Source of the DNA: Gemmatimonadales bacterium | Lineage (GTDB): Bacteria; Gemmatimonadota; Gemmatimonadetes; Gemmatimonadales; GWC2-71-9 | NCBI GenBank assembly: GCA_033853695.1 | Contig: JAWOLH010000017.1 | Location: 105 to 64,104 of the forward strand | Reading direction: 5' to 3' | DNA length: 64,000 bases | Shown: one piece after another, positions 9,347-19,496 of the stretch | Layout: each line of letters begins with the position of its first letter | Position numbering within the stretch: position 1 is the stretch's first letter | Made by a program: the position numbers and the translations under genes | Notes under the pieces: generated by a model | The model's database searches: none | Seen by the model: the letters and a program-made list of their open reading frames with translations, nothing else | What the model was told of the DNA's origin: nothing

Positions 9347-10696
9347 ATGGAGTCGCCCGTGTGGTCGGTCCGCCGTCCCCTCCCACGCATCGTCCGCATT
9401 GCCTCCGCTCGCATCCCCCTCCTGGCGCTTTCCTCTATCAGTGGCGCCTGCGTCGTCGGCTGTGCCACCGGTTCCACCGCGCCGCCCCCGCCGGCGGGCC
9501 TGGTCGTGTCGCCCCAACGTCCTGTTCTGACGCAAGGGGACTCGCTCCACCTGACGGCAACCATCGGGGGCCACGGGGTCGACTCACCCGGCGCGATCAC
9601 CTGGACCAGTCTCGACAGCGGAGTGGCAATCGTGAATGCTCTTGGAACCATACACGGCGTAGCGGTGGGTGCGGTGTTGATCGTCGCGGCGTTGGATTCC
9701 AGCGCCGACACCGTGGCGGCAGTCGTGCATCCGCCCACCCTGCGCTCTTTGGCGGCGGCGCGGGGCTTCGTCATGGGTACCTCGGTGGACGTCAACGCGC
9801 TGCGACTCGACGCGCAGTTTCGCCAGCAGCTCGCGGCCCAGTACAACGGCGTGACGTCTGAATGGGCGATGAAGTTCGGACCCATCCATCCCCAGCCGAC
9901 GATCTACAACTTCACCGAAGCCGACCGGCTGGTGAGTTTCGCCCAGACCAACAACATGACGATCCACGGTCACACCCTCGTGTGGGGGGAGGGACTCCCC
10001 GCCTGGATTACGCAGGGCACGTTCACCAAAGCCCAACTGCTCCAGGTGATGAAGGACCACATCACGACCGTGGTGGGCCGGTACCGCGGCAAGGTCGCGT
10101 CGTGGGATGTCGTCAATGAGGTCGTCGATGATTCCGTGCCGCTGCGCAACACCTTGTGGCTCCAGGTGATCGGCCCGGAGTACATCGATTCCGCCTTCGT
10201 CTGGGCGCATCGCGCCGATCCCGCGGCGAAACTGTACCTCAACGAGAACCATGCCGAAGGGGTCAACACCAAGTCGACCATGGTGCTGACCCTGGTACAG
10301 GGGCTGCGGGCCCGCGGCATTCCCATCGACGGGGTCGGGTTCCAGGCACATTTTGCGCTCACCCCGCCGCCGCCCACCGCCAGCGACCTACAGGCGAATT
10401 TCGCCCGGTTCGCCACGGCGGGCTTCGACGTGCGCGTGAGCGAAATGGACGTGCGGGTACCCGACAGCGCCTCCACCATCGCCCTCGATCAGGAAGCCTC
10501 GATCTACCGCGACGTGCTGGACGCCTGCCTGCGCGTGGGTTCCCGCTGCACCGGATTCACCACCTGGGGATTCACGGACAAATACAGCTGGATCCCCAAG
10601 TTCTATCCCGGATACGGCCGGGCCCTGCCGTTCGACGCCAGCTATCAGCCCAAACCCGCCGACGATGCCCTGGCGGGTCGGCTGCAGCAACCGTGA
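9347..10696 (+). CDS. GH10 endo-1,4-beta-xylanase, lipoprotein, with N-terminal Ig-like (Big_2-type) domain
   Basis: Lipobox VVGC. The LHLTATIGG...ITWTSLDSGVAIVNALGTIHGVAVG segment is Big_2-like. GH10 motifs HGHTLVWG, WDVVNEV, LYLNENH, VSEMDVR. Confidence 0.85.
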   Translation: MESPVWSVRRPLPRIVRIASARIPLLALSSISGACVVGCATGSTAPPPPAGLVVSPQRPVLTQGDSLHLTATIGGHGVDSPGAITWTSLDSGVAIVNALGTIHGVAVGAVLIVAALDSSADTVAAVVHPPTLRSLAAARGFVMGTSVDVNALRLDAQFRQQLAAQYNGVTSEWAMKFGPIHPQPTIYNFTEADRLVSFAQTNNMTIHGHTLVWGEGLPAWITQGTFTKAQLLQVMKDHITTVVGRYRGKVASWDVVNEVVDDSVPLRNTLWLQVIGPEYIDSAFVWAHRADPAAKLYLNENHAEGVNTKSTMVLTLVQGLRARGIPIDGVGFQAHFALTPPPPTASDLQANFARFATAGFDVRVSEMDVRVPDSASTIALDQEASIYRDVLDACLRVGSRCTGFTTWGFTDKYSWIPKFYPGYGRALPFDASYQPKPADDALAGRLQQP

Positions 10697-10700
10697 CCGG

Positions 10701-11804
10701 CTAGACGCCGAGCGCGTGCCGCAGCACGGCGGCGATCCGCAACGCCGCGTGGCCATCCCACAGCGCCGGACGCCGCCCGCGCTTCCCGTCACCGCGCAAC
10801 ACGCGGTCCACCGCGTCGGTGATGCGCGCTGGGTCGGTCCCGACCACCTCGTTGGTGCCCTGATCCACCGTGATCGGCCGTTCGGTCGTCTCGCGGAGCG
10901 TGAGACAGGGCACGCCAAGGGCGGTCGTCTCCTCCTGCAGCCCGCCGCTGTCGGTCAACACGACCGCGGCGTCTTTCCAGAGACCGAGAAAATCCATGAA
11001 CGAGAGGGGCGGTGTAAGCGTCACCCCGGCACCGAGATCGATCCCGTATTTCTCGAGATTGACCCGCGTCCGTGGATGCAGCGGAAACACGAGGGGAAGC
11101 TGCCGCGAGACCTGCCGCAGCGCGGACGAGACACGCGCGAACACCAGCGGCTCGTCCACGTTGGACGGCCGATGCAGCGTCACGGCGCCGTAGCGCCCGT
11201 ACCGGGCACGGATGCTCGTCGAGACGAACCGGGAGGTATCGGAACCCGCCAGCTGGTCGAGCTGGTATAACAGGTTGTCCACCATGACGTGCCCTACGTG
11301 ATGCACGACCTCCGCCCGCTTCCCCTCGCGCAGCAGATTCTCGACACCGCTCGGCTCGGTGACGAACAGCAGGTCGGCGATCGCATCGGTGAGGACGCGA
11401 TTGAGCTCCTCGGGCATCGTCATGTCGCGGCTGCGCAAACCGGCCTCGACGTGCGCCACCGGGATGCACTGCTGCTTGGCGACGACGGCACAGGCCATCG
11501 TAGAATTGACGTCCCCGACCACGAGCACGAGATCCGGGCGCCGGGTGCGGCAGAACGTCTCGAACGCCACCATGATCCGCGCCAGCTGCTGGGCATGCGT
11601 GCCGCTGCCGGCTCCGAGGCAGACATCGGGCAGGGGAATTCCCAGCTCCTCGAAGAAGACGTCGTTCATCCCGGGGTCGTAGTGCTGCCCGGTGTGCACG
11701 ATCTGGAACTGGAGCGCTCCATCGTGCTCGCGCAGCGCCCGGACGAGCGGGGCGATTTTCATGAAGTTCGGCCGTGCCCCGGCGACGAGCGCGATGGTCT
11801 TCAT
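10701..11804 (-). CDS. wecB: UDP-N-acetylglucosamine 2-epimerase (non-hydrolysing)
   Basis: MKTIALVAGARPNFMKIAPL, VHTGQHYD, VVGDVNS, TDSGGLQEE motifs. Confidence 0.9.
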   Translation of the reverse strand: MKTIALVAGARPNFMKIAPLVRALREHDGALQFQIVHTGQHYDPGMNDVFFEELGIPLPDVCLGAGSGTHAQQLARIMVAFETFCRTRRPDLVLVVGDVNSTMACAVVAKQQCIPVAHVEAGLRSRDMTMPEELNRVLTDAIADLLFVTEPSGVENLLREGKRAEVVHHVGHVMVDNLLYQLDQLAGSDTSRFVSTSIRARYGRYGAVTLHRPSNVDEPLVFARVSSALRQVSRQLPLVFPLHPRTRVNLEKYGIDLGAGVTLTPPLSFMDFLGLWKDAAVVLTDSGGLQEETTALGVPCLTLRETTERPITVDQGTNEVVGTDPARITDAVDRVLRGDGKRGRRPALWDGHAALRIAAVLRHALGV

Positions 11805-11821
11805 GGCAGGGGGCCCCGCCG

Positions 11822-13030
11822 GTGACCGGTCAGCTGGCCACGGGACCCGGCCGCCCGCTGCGCGTGCTGCACGTGATCTGGTGGGGCGAGGTGGGGGGGA
11901 TCGCCTTGAACCTGGTGGATCTCGCCCGTCACGCCCACGCGGCCGGCCACGCGATGACGGTGTGCGTGCTGACGCGGTCGAGCCCGCTGATCGACGCGCT
12001 CACCAACCAGCACGTCCGCGTGACGGAGATCGGGGCACGGTCGGGGCGCGACCTGGCCGCGCTGGTACGCCTCGCCCGGTTCCTGCGCCGGGAACGGTTC
12101 GACGTCGTACACGACCACACGGGGACCTACCTCGCTGCCCTGGCGATCCGCCTCGGGGCGGCCGGCGCGCGGACGATCCATCAGGAGCATGGGGCGATCA
12201 ACATCCCGCGGTTGCGGGACCGGAAGCGATCGTTTTACCGGGTGTTCGGCCGCCGTTACGACCGGTTCATCGCCGTATCCGACACGATCGCCACGGACAT
12301 GACGCACGCCGGCGTGGCGCCGGACCGCATCGTCACGATCACGAACTCCGTCGATCCCGCCCGCTTCTCGGCGGAGCGCCCGCGCGCGGATGCGAAGCGG
12401 GACCTCGGTATCGCGCACACGGCGCCGACGGTCGGAACGGCCTGCCGGCTCGTCCCGGAAAAGGACCTCGGTCTGTTTCTCGCGGTCGCCCACATCATCC
12501 ACAGCGTGCGCCCGGACGTCGTCTTCGTCCTGGTCGGCGCCGGCCCGGAAGGCGAGTCGTTGCGGTGCGCCGCCGCCGATTTCGGGCTGGCGGACATCGT
12601 CCGTTTCCCGGGTGTCCGGGCCGACATGCCTTCCGTGTGGCGTGCGTTCGATGTGCACCTCTTTACGTCGCGCGTCGAGTCGTTCGGACGGACGCTGCTC
12701 GAATCGCAGGCGTGTGAAACCCCGGTCGTGGCGGCGATCCCCGTGGCGGGCGGTGCCATCGACGTCGTGCGCAGCAGCCCCGGCATTGTGAGCAGCGGGG
12801 ACCGTGATCCAGGGCAGCTCGCCCGGCACACTCTGGAGCTCCTCGAGGCTCCGTCCCGGCGCGCCGCGATGGGGCGGGCCGGCCGGCACTGGGTGACCAC
12901 GCGATACCACATCGCCGATTGGGTCCGTCGACTGGACGACGTGTACCGCGCGTCCCCGCATGCTCAATTCGGCGCTCCGACCGCAGCCAGGAACCGTGAC
13001 ACCATGGAGGACATCGACGCCACACGGTAG
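11822..13030 (+). CDS. Glycosyltransferase family 4 (GT-B)
   Basis: RVLHVIWWGEVGGI N-terminus and E-x7-E region ESFGRTLLESQACETPVV. The start is uncertain (GTG 11822, or 11774, which would overlap wecB). The 3' end overlaps the convergent gene by 67 nt. Confidence 0.8.
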   Translation: MTGQLATGPGRPLRVLHVIWWGEVGGIALNLVDLARHAHAAGHAMTVCVLTRSSPLIDALTNQHVRVTEIGARSGRDLAALVRLARFLRRERFDVVHDHTGTYLAALAIRLGAAGARTIHQEHGAINIPRLRDRKRSFYRVFGRRYDRFIAVSDTIATDMTHAGVAPDRIVTITNSVDPARFSAERPRADAKRDLGIAHTAPTVGTACRLVPEKDLGLFLAVAHIIHSVRPDVVFVLVGAGPEGESLRCAAADFGLADIVRFPGVRADMPSVWRAFDVHLFTSRVESFGRTLLESQACETPVVAAIPVAGGAIDVVRSSPGIVSSGDRDPGQLARHTLELLEAPSRRAAMGRAGRHWVTTRYHIADWVRRLDDVYRASPHAQFGAPTAARNRDTMEDIDATR

Positions 13031-15012
13031 ACATGCTCGCGGGCCCTCGCGCCCATGTCCGCGCGGCAGGGCGCCGAGTCGAGGAGCTGGAGCAGCTTGT
13101 CCGCCAGATCCTGGCGGTCGCTCCTTCTGAAGAACAACCCGGTGCGCCCGGGAATCACGAGGTCCTGCTCAGTCCCATCCCCCTCGGAGCAGATCACCGG
13201 CAGGCCGTAGGCCATGGCTTCGTTGACGGCCAATCCGCCCAGGGCGGGCAGCACGAACAGATCCGCCAGCGCGAAGTAACGCCCCACATCCGTGATGACT
13301 TCGCCGACCAGATGGACGTCGGGGATCCCGTGCTCGGTCACGAGACCGATCAGGTGTCTCATCTCGGGGCCGTCGCCCACGATCACGAGCCCCACGTCGG
13401 ACCGGACCGCCCGCACCGTCTGAAACGCCTCGATCAGCAGCTCGTGCCGCTTGCGGGGGATCAGTACGCCGACGGACAGGATCACGAGCTTGCCGTCCAG
13501 CCTGAGCGCCGCCCGGGTCTCGGCCGCGCGCGCCCGGCAGTGGGGGTACTGCCGCTCCACCGCTTCGGTATCGATGGTGTTCTGGACGATCGTGCAGCGG
13601 TTGGGGTTCACACCGTAGCGCGCCAGGAATGCCTGCGCGTTGGTACCGTAACACAGGTAGCCGTCGGCCAGCCTGGCCGTCACCCGGATGAACAGCCGGC
13701 GCAGCCGCGCCGGAATCCCCGCGATGCGATTGCGCTCCCAGCCGCCGGCCCAGTAGAAGAATCGGGCGCCGAACAGCCTGGCATAGAGCGCGATCAGGAC
13801 ATTGGACAGAATGCCGAAGTTCCCTTCGCAGACGATGACGTCGTAGCGGTGGCGCAGCAGACACTTCCACATGCCCATCTGGACGTAGATCCCCGCGCCC
13901 CACAGGAACTTCTCGTACGTGCGGATCGGCACGCTGTGAAACGCGTGGTCCGCGGAGGACACCGTCTCGCGGCGGCGCGAATTGGGGTCGTCACCGCCGT
14001 GGAACACCGTCAGGTCGATGCCCGGGGTCCGGGCCAGCCGGTCGTAGAAAGGGACCCGATAATGGAACAGGTAGTTCCAGAAGATTGCGATGCGCCGCTT
14101 TCCGTTCGGCGGCGGGCCCGGGGGGGCCTGCGCAGCTTCGCCCTTCTCGGCCGGCTCCAGGGACCGGTTCCACGCGCGCAGCCGGTACATCTGTTCCTGG
14201 CGCAGCCGCGCGACAACGGTGAGATCATCGAGCTGCGGCACCCGGCGGGCCGCCGCCAGGAGATAGCCACCCCAAAACGCGATGCCGCCGATGATGTAGG
14301 GGGGCTCGAGCATCCGATACACCCCCCGGGCGAGGACGAAGAGGGGATGGGAGCGGATGACCCACGCGCCCCGTCCCCAGTCCGCTTTCCCCAGCAACCG
14401 GCCGTTACGAGCGCCGTGGGCCCGCCGGTGCAGCACCGCAAGATGCCGCAGCGCCACGGTGCGCCATCCGTGCACGCGCAGCTTGACCTGATCGACGATG
14501 TCCCATCCCGGGACTGCCGCAAGTCCGCCGATCGACTCGAGGGCGGTTTGCCGAAACGACTGCAGAGCGCCGACCACGTGGTTGGGCGCCACCCGGTACG
14601 GCGCCGGCGCGCCGTGCGCCTCTCGCTGTACCACCCCGCCCGCGACGCCGACGTCGGGATGGGTGTCCAGGTAGGCGAGCACGGCCTCGCAATAGCCATC
14701 GGGGAACACCAGGTCGGCGTCGAACTTCGACACGTAGCGATACGCTGCGCCGTCGACCTGGCTGTACGCGAAGGTGAAGGCTCGCACCACCGCCGGTCCC
14801 ATCACTTCGCCGTCACGTGCCGCGCACCGCACCAGGTGCACGCTCGGGTACCGCTCGGCAAGCGCTGCGACGATCGAAACCGTGGCGTCCGAGGACCCAT
14901 CGTCGACGACCACGATGCGGTCGGGCGGCTCGGTCTGCCGGAGCAGCGAGCCCACCATGTCTCCGATGTAGCGCGCCTCGTTGCGTGCCGGAACGATGAC
15001 GAGGTGGCGCAT
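12964..15012 (-). CDS. Fused GT2 (N-terminal, with TM segment) and GT4 (C-terminal) glycosyltransferase
   Basis: N-terminal GT2 pattern VIVPARNEARYI...VVVDDGSSD. A hydrophobic region is followed by the Pro-rich linker AQAPPGPPPNG. C-terminal GT4 region PRKRHELLIEAF...ALGGLAVNEAMAYGLPVI. Confidence 0.8.
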   Translation of the reverse strand: MRHLVIVPARNEARYIGDMVGSLLRQTEPPDRIVVVDDGSSDATVSIVAALAERYPSVHLVRCAARDGEVMGPAVVRAFTFAYSQVDGAAYRYVSKFDADLVFPDGYCEAVLAYLDTHPDVGVAGGVVQREAHGAPAPYRVAPNHVVGALQSFRQTALESIGGLAAVPGWDIVDQVKLRVHGWRTVALRHLAVLHRRAHGARNGRLLGKADWGRGAWVIRSHPLFVLARGVYRMLEPPYIIGGIAFWGGYLLAAARRVPQLDDLTVVARLRQEQMYRLRAWNRSLEPAEKGEAAQAPPGPPPNGKRRIAIFWNYLFHYRVPFYDRLARTPGIDLTVFHGGDDPNSRRRETVSSADHAFHSVPIRTYEKFLWGAGIYVQMGMWKCLLRHRYDVIVCEGNFGILSNVLIALYARLFGARFFYWAGGWERNRIAGIPARLRRLFIRVTARLADGYLCYGTNAQAFLARYGVNPNRCTIVQNTIDTEAVERQYPHCRARAAETRAALRLDGKLVILSVGVLIPRKRHELLIEAFQTVRAVRSDVGLVIVGDGPEMRHLIGLVTEHGIPDVHLVGEVITDVGRYFALADLFVLPALGGLAVNEAMAYGLPVICSEGDGTEQDLVIPGRTGLFFRRSDRQDLADKLLQLLDSAPCRADMGARAREHVYRVASMSSMVSRFLAAVGAPN

Positions 15013-15013
15013 C

Positions 15014-16906
15014 TCAGGCGCTCACCCGGACGCCGTACTCGCGCCGCCACAGCTCGAACAGCGTGAGCGCAAACAGCCGCTTCGCGTTGTTCCATCCCCG
15101 CTGTTGCCCGTCGAGCAGCGCGCGCACGACTCCCCGATCGAACAGCTGGGGGTCGGCCTCGGCGAGGACGCCGTTGACATACGAGCCCCAGGCGCCGCGC
15201 AGCCACCGGGTCAGGGGTACCGAAAAGCCCTGTTTCCGCGTGACGTCGAGCCGCCGCGGCAGGAGCCGGCGCGCCAGCCGCCCGAGCAGGATCTTGCGGC
15301 GCGACGCCCGCGCCAGCAGTGCGTCCGGCACCGCGCTCAGGGCGAAGGCGACCACCCGATGGTCCAGAAACGGAGAGCGGACTTCGAGTGAGGCGAGCAT
15401 GCTGGCGCGGTCCACCTTCACGAGGACGTCGTCCGGCAGGTAACGACGAAAGTCGGTGGCCATCGCGCCACGCAGGGGGGAGACGTCGCGCGGGCAGGCC
15501 GCCGCCTTGACGACCTCCGGTGCCGGCGTAGCCCCTTCCCGCCCGCGCAACAACGGCCGCAGCAGCTTGGCGCGTGTTGCCCGGTCGAAGTAGAGATCGA
15601 TGTGCGCGATGGCGGGAACTCCGTCTCCCGCAAACGCCGCGAGCTGCTGTCGTCCCCGCGCGCCGATTGGCAAGGCGCGACCCACCGCGGCCACCGCCCG
15701 TCGCAGCGGCCCGGGGGCGAGCGCACGCGCTCGCTCGATGCGGGGGATCCACGAGTAGTACCGGTATCCGCCGAACAGCTCGTCGCCGCCGTCGCCGCCG
15801 AGCGCCACGGTAGCGTGCTCCCGCACGAGGGTGGCCAGGAGAAACGTCGGCAACATGGACGAGTCACCCATCGGCTCGTCGAACTGTCGCGCGAGGCGCG
15901 GTAGCAGATCCGGACCGGTCTCCCCCGCCGCGAGCTCGTGATGCTCGGTGCCGAAATGCGTCGCCACCAGCCGGGCGTGTGGAGTCTCGTCGTACCGCCC
16001 GTACCCCGGGAACGTGACCGTGAACGTGCGCAGCGTTCCGCTCGTCTGGGCGGCGGCCGCCGCCGTGACCAGACTCGAATCGAGCCCGCCACTGAGCAGG
16101 ACCCCGACCGGGACGTCGGCGGCGAGCTGACCACGGACCGCGTCCGACAGCAGGCCGTACAGCTCATCGGCCAGATCGTCCATCGCGGCGGCCGTCCCGC
16201 CCGGGGGGGAGGCAATCGCCGGCTCCCAGTAGCGCCAGCACGAGACCTGCCCCGTCTCGAGCGACCACGTCAGCGCGTGCGCGGGCGGGAGCTTTCGGAT
16301 CCCGCGCAGGATGCACCGCGAACCAGGCACGAAAGCGTACGCCAGGTAGTGCTCGAGCGCGTCGTGATCGAGCTCGCGCGGAACACGCGCGTCCGCGAGC
16401 AACGCTTTCAGCTCGGAGGCGAACTGGATCGTGCCGCGCGGATCGAGCCGATAGAAGAGCGGCTTTTCTCCACAGCGATCCCGCGCCAGGAGCAGTTGTT
16501 GGCGCGCGGCGTCCCACAGCGCGAAGGCGAACATTCCGCGCAACCGCGACAGGCACGCGTCGCCCCAGCGCCGGTAGGCGTGCAGGATCGTCTCGGTGTC
16601 GCTCGCGCCCCGGAAGCAGGTGCTGGTCCCTTCATCCGCGAGCTCGCGGCGCAGCTCGCGATGGTTGTAGATCTCGCCATTGAACGTGATCCACACCTGC
16701 GCGCCCGGGTCGGCCATCGGCTGGTGCCCGGCGGCAGAAAGGTCGAGGACGGCGAGACGGCGGTGGGCCAGGCCCACCCGGCCATCGGGTGACCACCAGA
16801 GTCCGGCGTCGTCCGGGCCCCGATGGCTCATCGTGTCCCGCATGGCGCGGAGCACCTCCGGCCGTTCGACCGGCGCGCGCGAAGCGATCCCCACGATGCC
16901 GCACAT
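15014..16906 (-). CDS. Asparagine synthase (glutamine-hydrolysing) family amidotransferase, EPS-cluster type
   Basis: MCGIVGI N-terminal nucleophile and PP-loop SGGLDSS. Start ATG 16906. The track ORF extension to 17479 is a shadow frame. Confidence 0.9.
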   Translation of the reverse strand: MCGIVGIASRAPVERPEVLRAMRDTMSHRGPDDAGLWWSPDGRVGLAHRRLAVLDLSAAGHQPMADPGAQVWITFNGEIYNHRELRRELADEGTSTCFRGASDTETILHAYRRWGDACLSRLRGMFAFALWDAARQQLLLARDRCGEKPLFYRLDPRGTIQFASELKALLADARVPRELDHDALEHYLAYAFVPGSRCILRGIRKLPPAHALTWSLETGQVSCWRYWEPAIASPPGGTAAAMDDLADELYGLLSDAVRGQLAADVPVGVLLSGGLDSSLVTAAAAAQTSGTLRTFTVTFPGYGRYDETPHARLVATHFGTEHHELAAGETGPDLLPRLARQFDEPMGDSSMLPTFLLATLVREHATVALGGDGGDELFGGYRYYSWIPRIERARALAPGPLRRAVAAVGRALPIGARGRQQLAAFAGDGVPAIAHIDLYFDRATRAKLLRPLLRGREGATPAPEVVKAAACPRDVSPLRGAMATDFRRYLPDDVLVKVDRASMLASLEVRSPFLDHRVVAFALSAVPDALLARASRRKILLGRLARRLLPRRLDVTRKQGFSVPLTRWLRGAWGSYVNGVLAEADPQLFDRGVVRALLDGQQRGWNNAKRLFALTLFELWRREYGVRVSA

Positions 16907-16908
16907 CG

Positions 16909-18123
16909 TCAGCCGGCCAGGCGAGCGTGACGGGTAACGAGATGGCGCCCTGGGGCGTATTCGACCCCGGAATCGGCCACCGCTCCGGCGTAGAGCCGCT
17001 CGAGGGCCCGCGTCTGGGTACGCTGATCGAAGAGTTGCTCGGCCCGGCGGCGTCCCGCCTCGCCTATGCGAGCCCGGAGTGCGGCGTCCCGGAGCAGCCG
17101 CACGAGATGGGCGAACAGCATCGCCTCGTCGCCTTCCGGCGCGAGGAGCCCGGTCTCTCCATGGGCCACGGCTTCCGGAATGCCGCCGACGGCACACGAC
17201 ACGACCGGCAATGCCATCGCCTGCGCCTCGGCGAAGACGAGCCCAAACCCTTCCGCCTCCCCGGACGGCAGCGTAACACTCGGCACGCACAAGACTTGCG
17301 CCCGGCCCATCCAGGCAGCCACCTCCCGCTGTGAGGCCGACCCGATGAACCGGCAGCGCGGCACGGTCCGCGCCAGGCGGTCCAGGGAGCCGCGCAACGG
17401 ACCATCGCCGATGATGACCAGCTCGGCGTCCGGACACTCCTGCTCGACACGGCGCATCACGGCGATCAGGGACGCGCACCCCTTCTCCGGAGCGAGGCGA
17501 CCGACGAACAGCACGATCGGTTCCCGGGTCTCACCCGGCGTCGGCCGGAAACGATCCAGCGGGACGCCCACATAGCGGACCACCGTGCGCTCCGGCGCAT
17601 AGCCCTGCGCCAGGAGCCGGTCTCTGACGAACTCCGAGACCGCGATGAAGAACCTGCCCTCGCGCTGCAACTCCGCGCGGCGGGCCAGGTACCGCCGGTG
17701 CAGGAAGAACGATCGCCGGACGTGGGCATCGACCATCGTGGCATCGTACCCGTGGAACGTCGTGACCAGCGGCACGCCCAGGGCGCGCGCCAGCGGCAGG
17801 ATGAGGACGGCGTCAGGACCGAAGTGCGCGTGGACGAGCGCGGGAGCGATTGCACCCACCCTGCGCCGCAGGCCCGACGCGATACCCGTGAGCTTGAACA
17901 TCAGCTCGCGCAGACGACCCGTGGTCCCACCCGCGCTCACCAGCACGCTGCGCTCGGCCGGCACGCCAGCCGCGCCGCGCCGGCAGCCGGCATACCAGGG
18001 TTCGAACCGCTCGAGCGCCTCACCCTGCTCCCTGATGAACGCCTCCGAGGAGCCGAGCAGCGTCGAGCGGAAGATCAGGACGCGGGGGCGGGCGGCCGGG
18101 CGCAGCGTGCGCGTGGACATCAT
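16909..18123 (-). CDS. Glycosyltransferase family 4
   Basis: RVLIFRSTLLGSSEAFI N-terminus, PEKG, GEAEGFGLVFAEAQAMALPVV (E-x7-E). ATG 18123 overlaps the upstream stop (ATGA). Confidence 0.85.
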   Translation of the reverse strand: MMSTRTLRPAARPRVLIFRSTLLGSSEAFIREQGEALERFEPWYAGCRRGAAGVPAERSVLVSAGGTTGRLRELMFKLTGIASGLRRRVGAIAPALVHAHFGPDAVLILPLARALGVPLVTTFHGYDATMVDAHVRRSFFLHRRYLARRAELQREGRFFIAVSEFVRDRLLAQGYAPERTVVRYVGVPLDRFRPTPGETREPIVLFVGRLAPEKGCASLIAVMRRVEQECPDAELVIIGDGPLRGSLDRLARTVPRCRFIGSASQREVAAWMGRAQVLCVPSVTLPSGEAEGFGLVFAEAQAMALPVVSCAVGGIPEAVAHGETGLLAPEGDEAMLFAHLVRLLRDAALRARIGEAGRRRAEQLFDQRTQTRALERLYAGAVADSGVEYAPGRHLVTRHARLAG

Positions 18124-19496
18124 GCCGCGGAGGTCTGCCGGATGGCGAGACGGCCGACCACGATGAGCGCGATGAGCGACGGGATCGTCGTCTCGAACCA
18201 GAAGCCGAACGTGATCATGTTGATATAGGACCACACGAGCACGGCGACGGGAAAGAGCGCCACCACGGCGTGGTCGCGCCGCGCATTCGCTATGGCGATC
18301 CACAGGCTCGAGAGGAGCACCGCCACGAGGAGCGTACAGCCGACGACCCCTAGATCCAGGAGCATCCCGATCAGCTGGTTATGGGAGCTGCCGACGATCC
18401 ACCCCTGGGACCTGGCGACCTCGAGAATGTGAACCGGTTCCCAGAAGCTGTCGTAGCCGTAGCCGAGGATGGGGCGATCGGCCCAGTACGGGAGGAGGCT
18501 CTGAAAGAGCTCGGTCCGTCCGGTCATGTCGGCCAGGTCGAACGTGGTCGAACGCCCGAGCGTGGCCCACGATTGCGCGAGCACACCCAGGTCGGGAAAC
18601 AGCATCAGGGCGCCGCATACCGCTATGACGAGTCCGGAAGCGGCCAGCAACGCCGTGTGCCGCCGTACGCTGGCCACGAACACCACGGCGAGCGCCGCAC
18701 TCAGGCCGATGATCGCGCCGCGCGACTTCGTCAGGAGCAGCATCACGAGTCCGATCACGCTGAGGAGCGCCATCAGCGTGGAGCGATAGCCCGTGAACCG
18801 CCGGGCGAGCAGGATCGACGAGATGACGAAGAGCGTGCAATAGAGGGCCATGGAGTTGGGGTGGATCGAGCCGCGGAAACGAAAGTCCGCGTGCAACGGC
18901 TGCATCGTCCCCAGGACGACCTCCGTCCCCGCGCCCAGCAGAATCGTCAGGCCGCTGAACAACAGCGTCACGCGGACGATCGTCTCGAGATCCCAGCAGC
19001 GGGACAGGGCGTACGCGGTCAGCACGAGTGCGGAAAACACGAAGGCTTTGCGCGCCGTGATGGCGGGATCCTGGCTCCAGATGGGGCTCGCCAGGGCGAG
19101 CAGGAACAACGCGATGGCGGGCACCGCGATGGCCGGCTGGTACGTGCGCCGCTGGCGCCGGGACATCTGGAGGGCAATGGCTCCGCACAGGAAGAGGGCC
19201 ACCACCCCGAGGCGGCGCAGTGGACTCCCGCCCTCGATCGTGTCGAGCGCCGCACCGATCTCCGCTTTGTGCTCCTGCAATCCGTACCCCGAGATCGGCG
19301 AGAGCAGGTCGTAGGGTTCCAGGACCGCGAGTATGCCATACAGCAGGAGGACCGCGAACCATGTCTTTCTGGATAGATAGGAGAAGAAGGTGCGCTCCCG
19401 CGGGACGGGCTCCTCGAGCCGCTGGTTCGCGACCGGCCACGGCGCCGCCAACGGTGGAAGCGTGTCGATGACGACCACCGAGTCACGCCGGCTCAT
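18120..19496 (-). CDS. O-antigen ligase / Wzy-like polysaccharide polymerase (polytopic membrane protein)
   Basis: About 10 or more hydrophobic helices. The TKSRGAIIGL segment is typical of the Wzy_C/O-antigen ligase domain. ATG 19496 overlaps the upstream stop (ATGA). Confidence 0.75.
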   Translation of the reverse strand: MSRRDSVVVIDTLPPLAAPWPVANQRLEEPVPRERTFFSYLSRKTWFAVLLLYGILAVLEPYDLLSPISGYGLQEHKAEIGAALDTIEGGSPLRRLGVVALFLCGAIALQMSRRQRRTYQPAIAVPAIALFLLALASPIWSQDPAITARKAFVFSALVLTAYALSRCWDLETIVRVTLLFSGLTILLGAGTEVVLGTMQPLHADFRFRGSIHPNSMALYCTLFVISSILLARRFTGYRSTLMALLSVIGLVMLLLTKSRGAIIGLSAALAVVFVASVRRHTALLAASGLVIAVCGALMLFPDLGVLAQSWATLGRSTTFDLADMTGRTELFQSLLPYWADRPILGYGYDSFWEPVHILEVARSQGWIVGSSHNQLIGMLLDLGVVGCTLLVAVLLSSLWIAIANARRDHAVVALFPVAVLVWSYINMITFGFWFETTIPSLIALIVVGRLAIRQTSAA

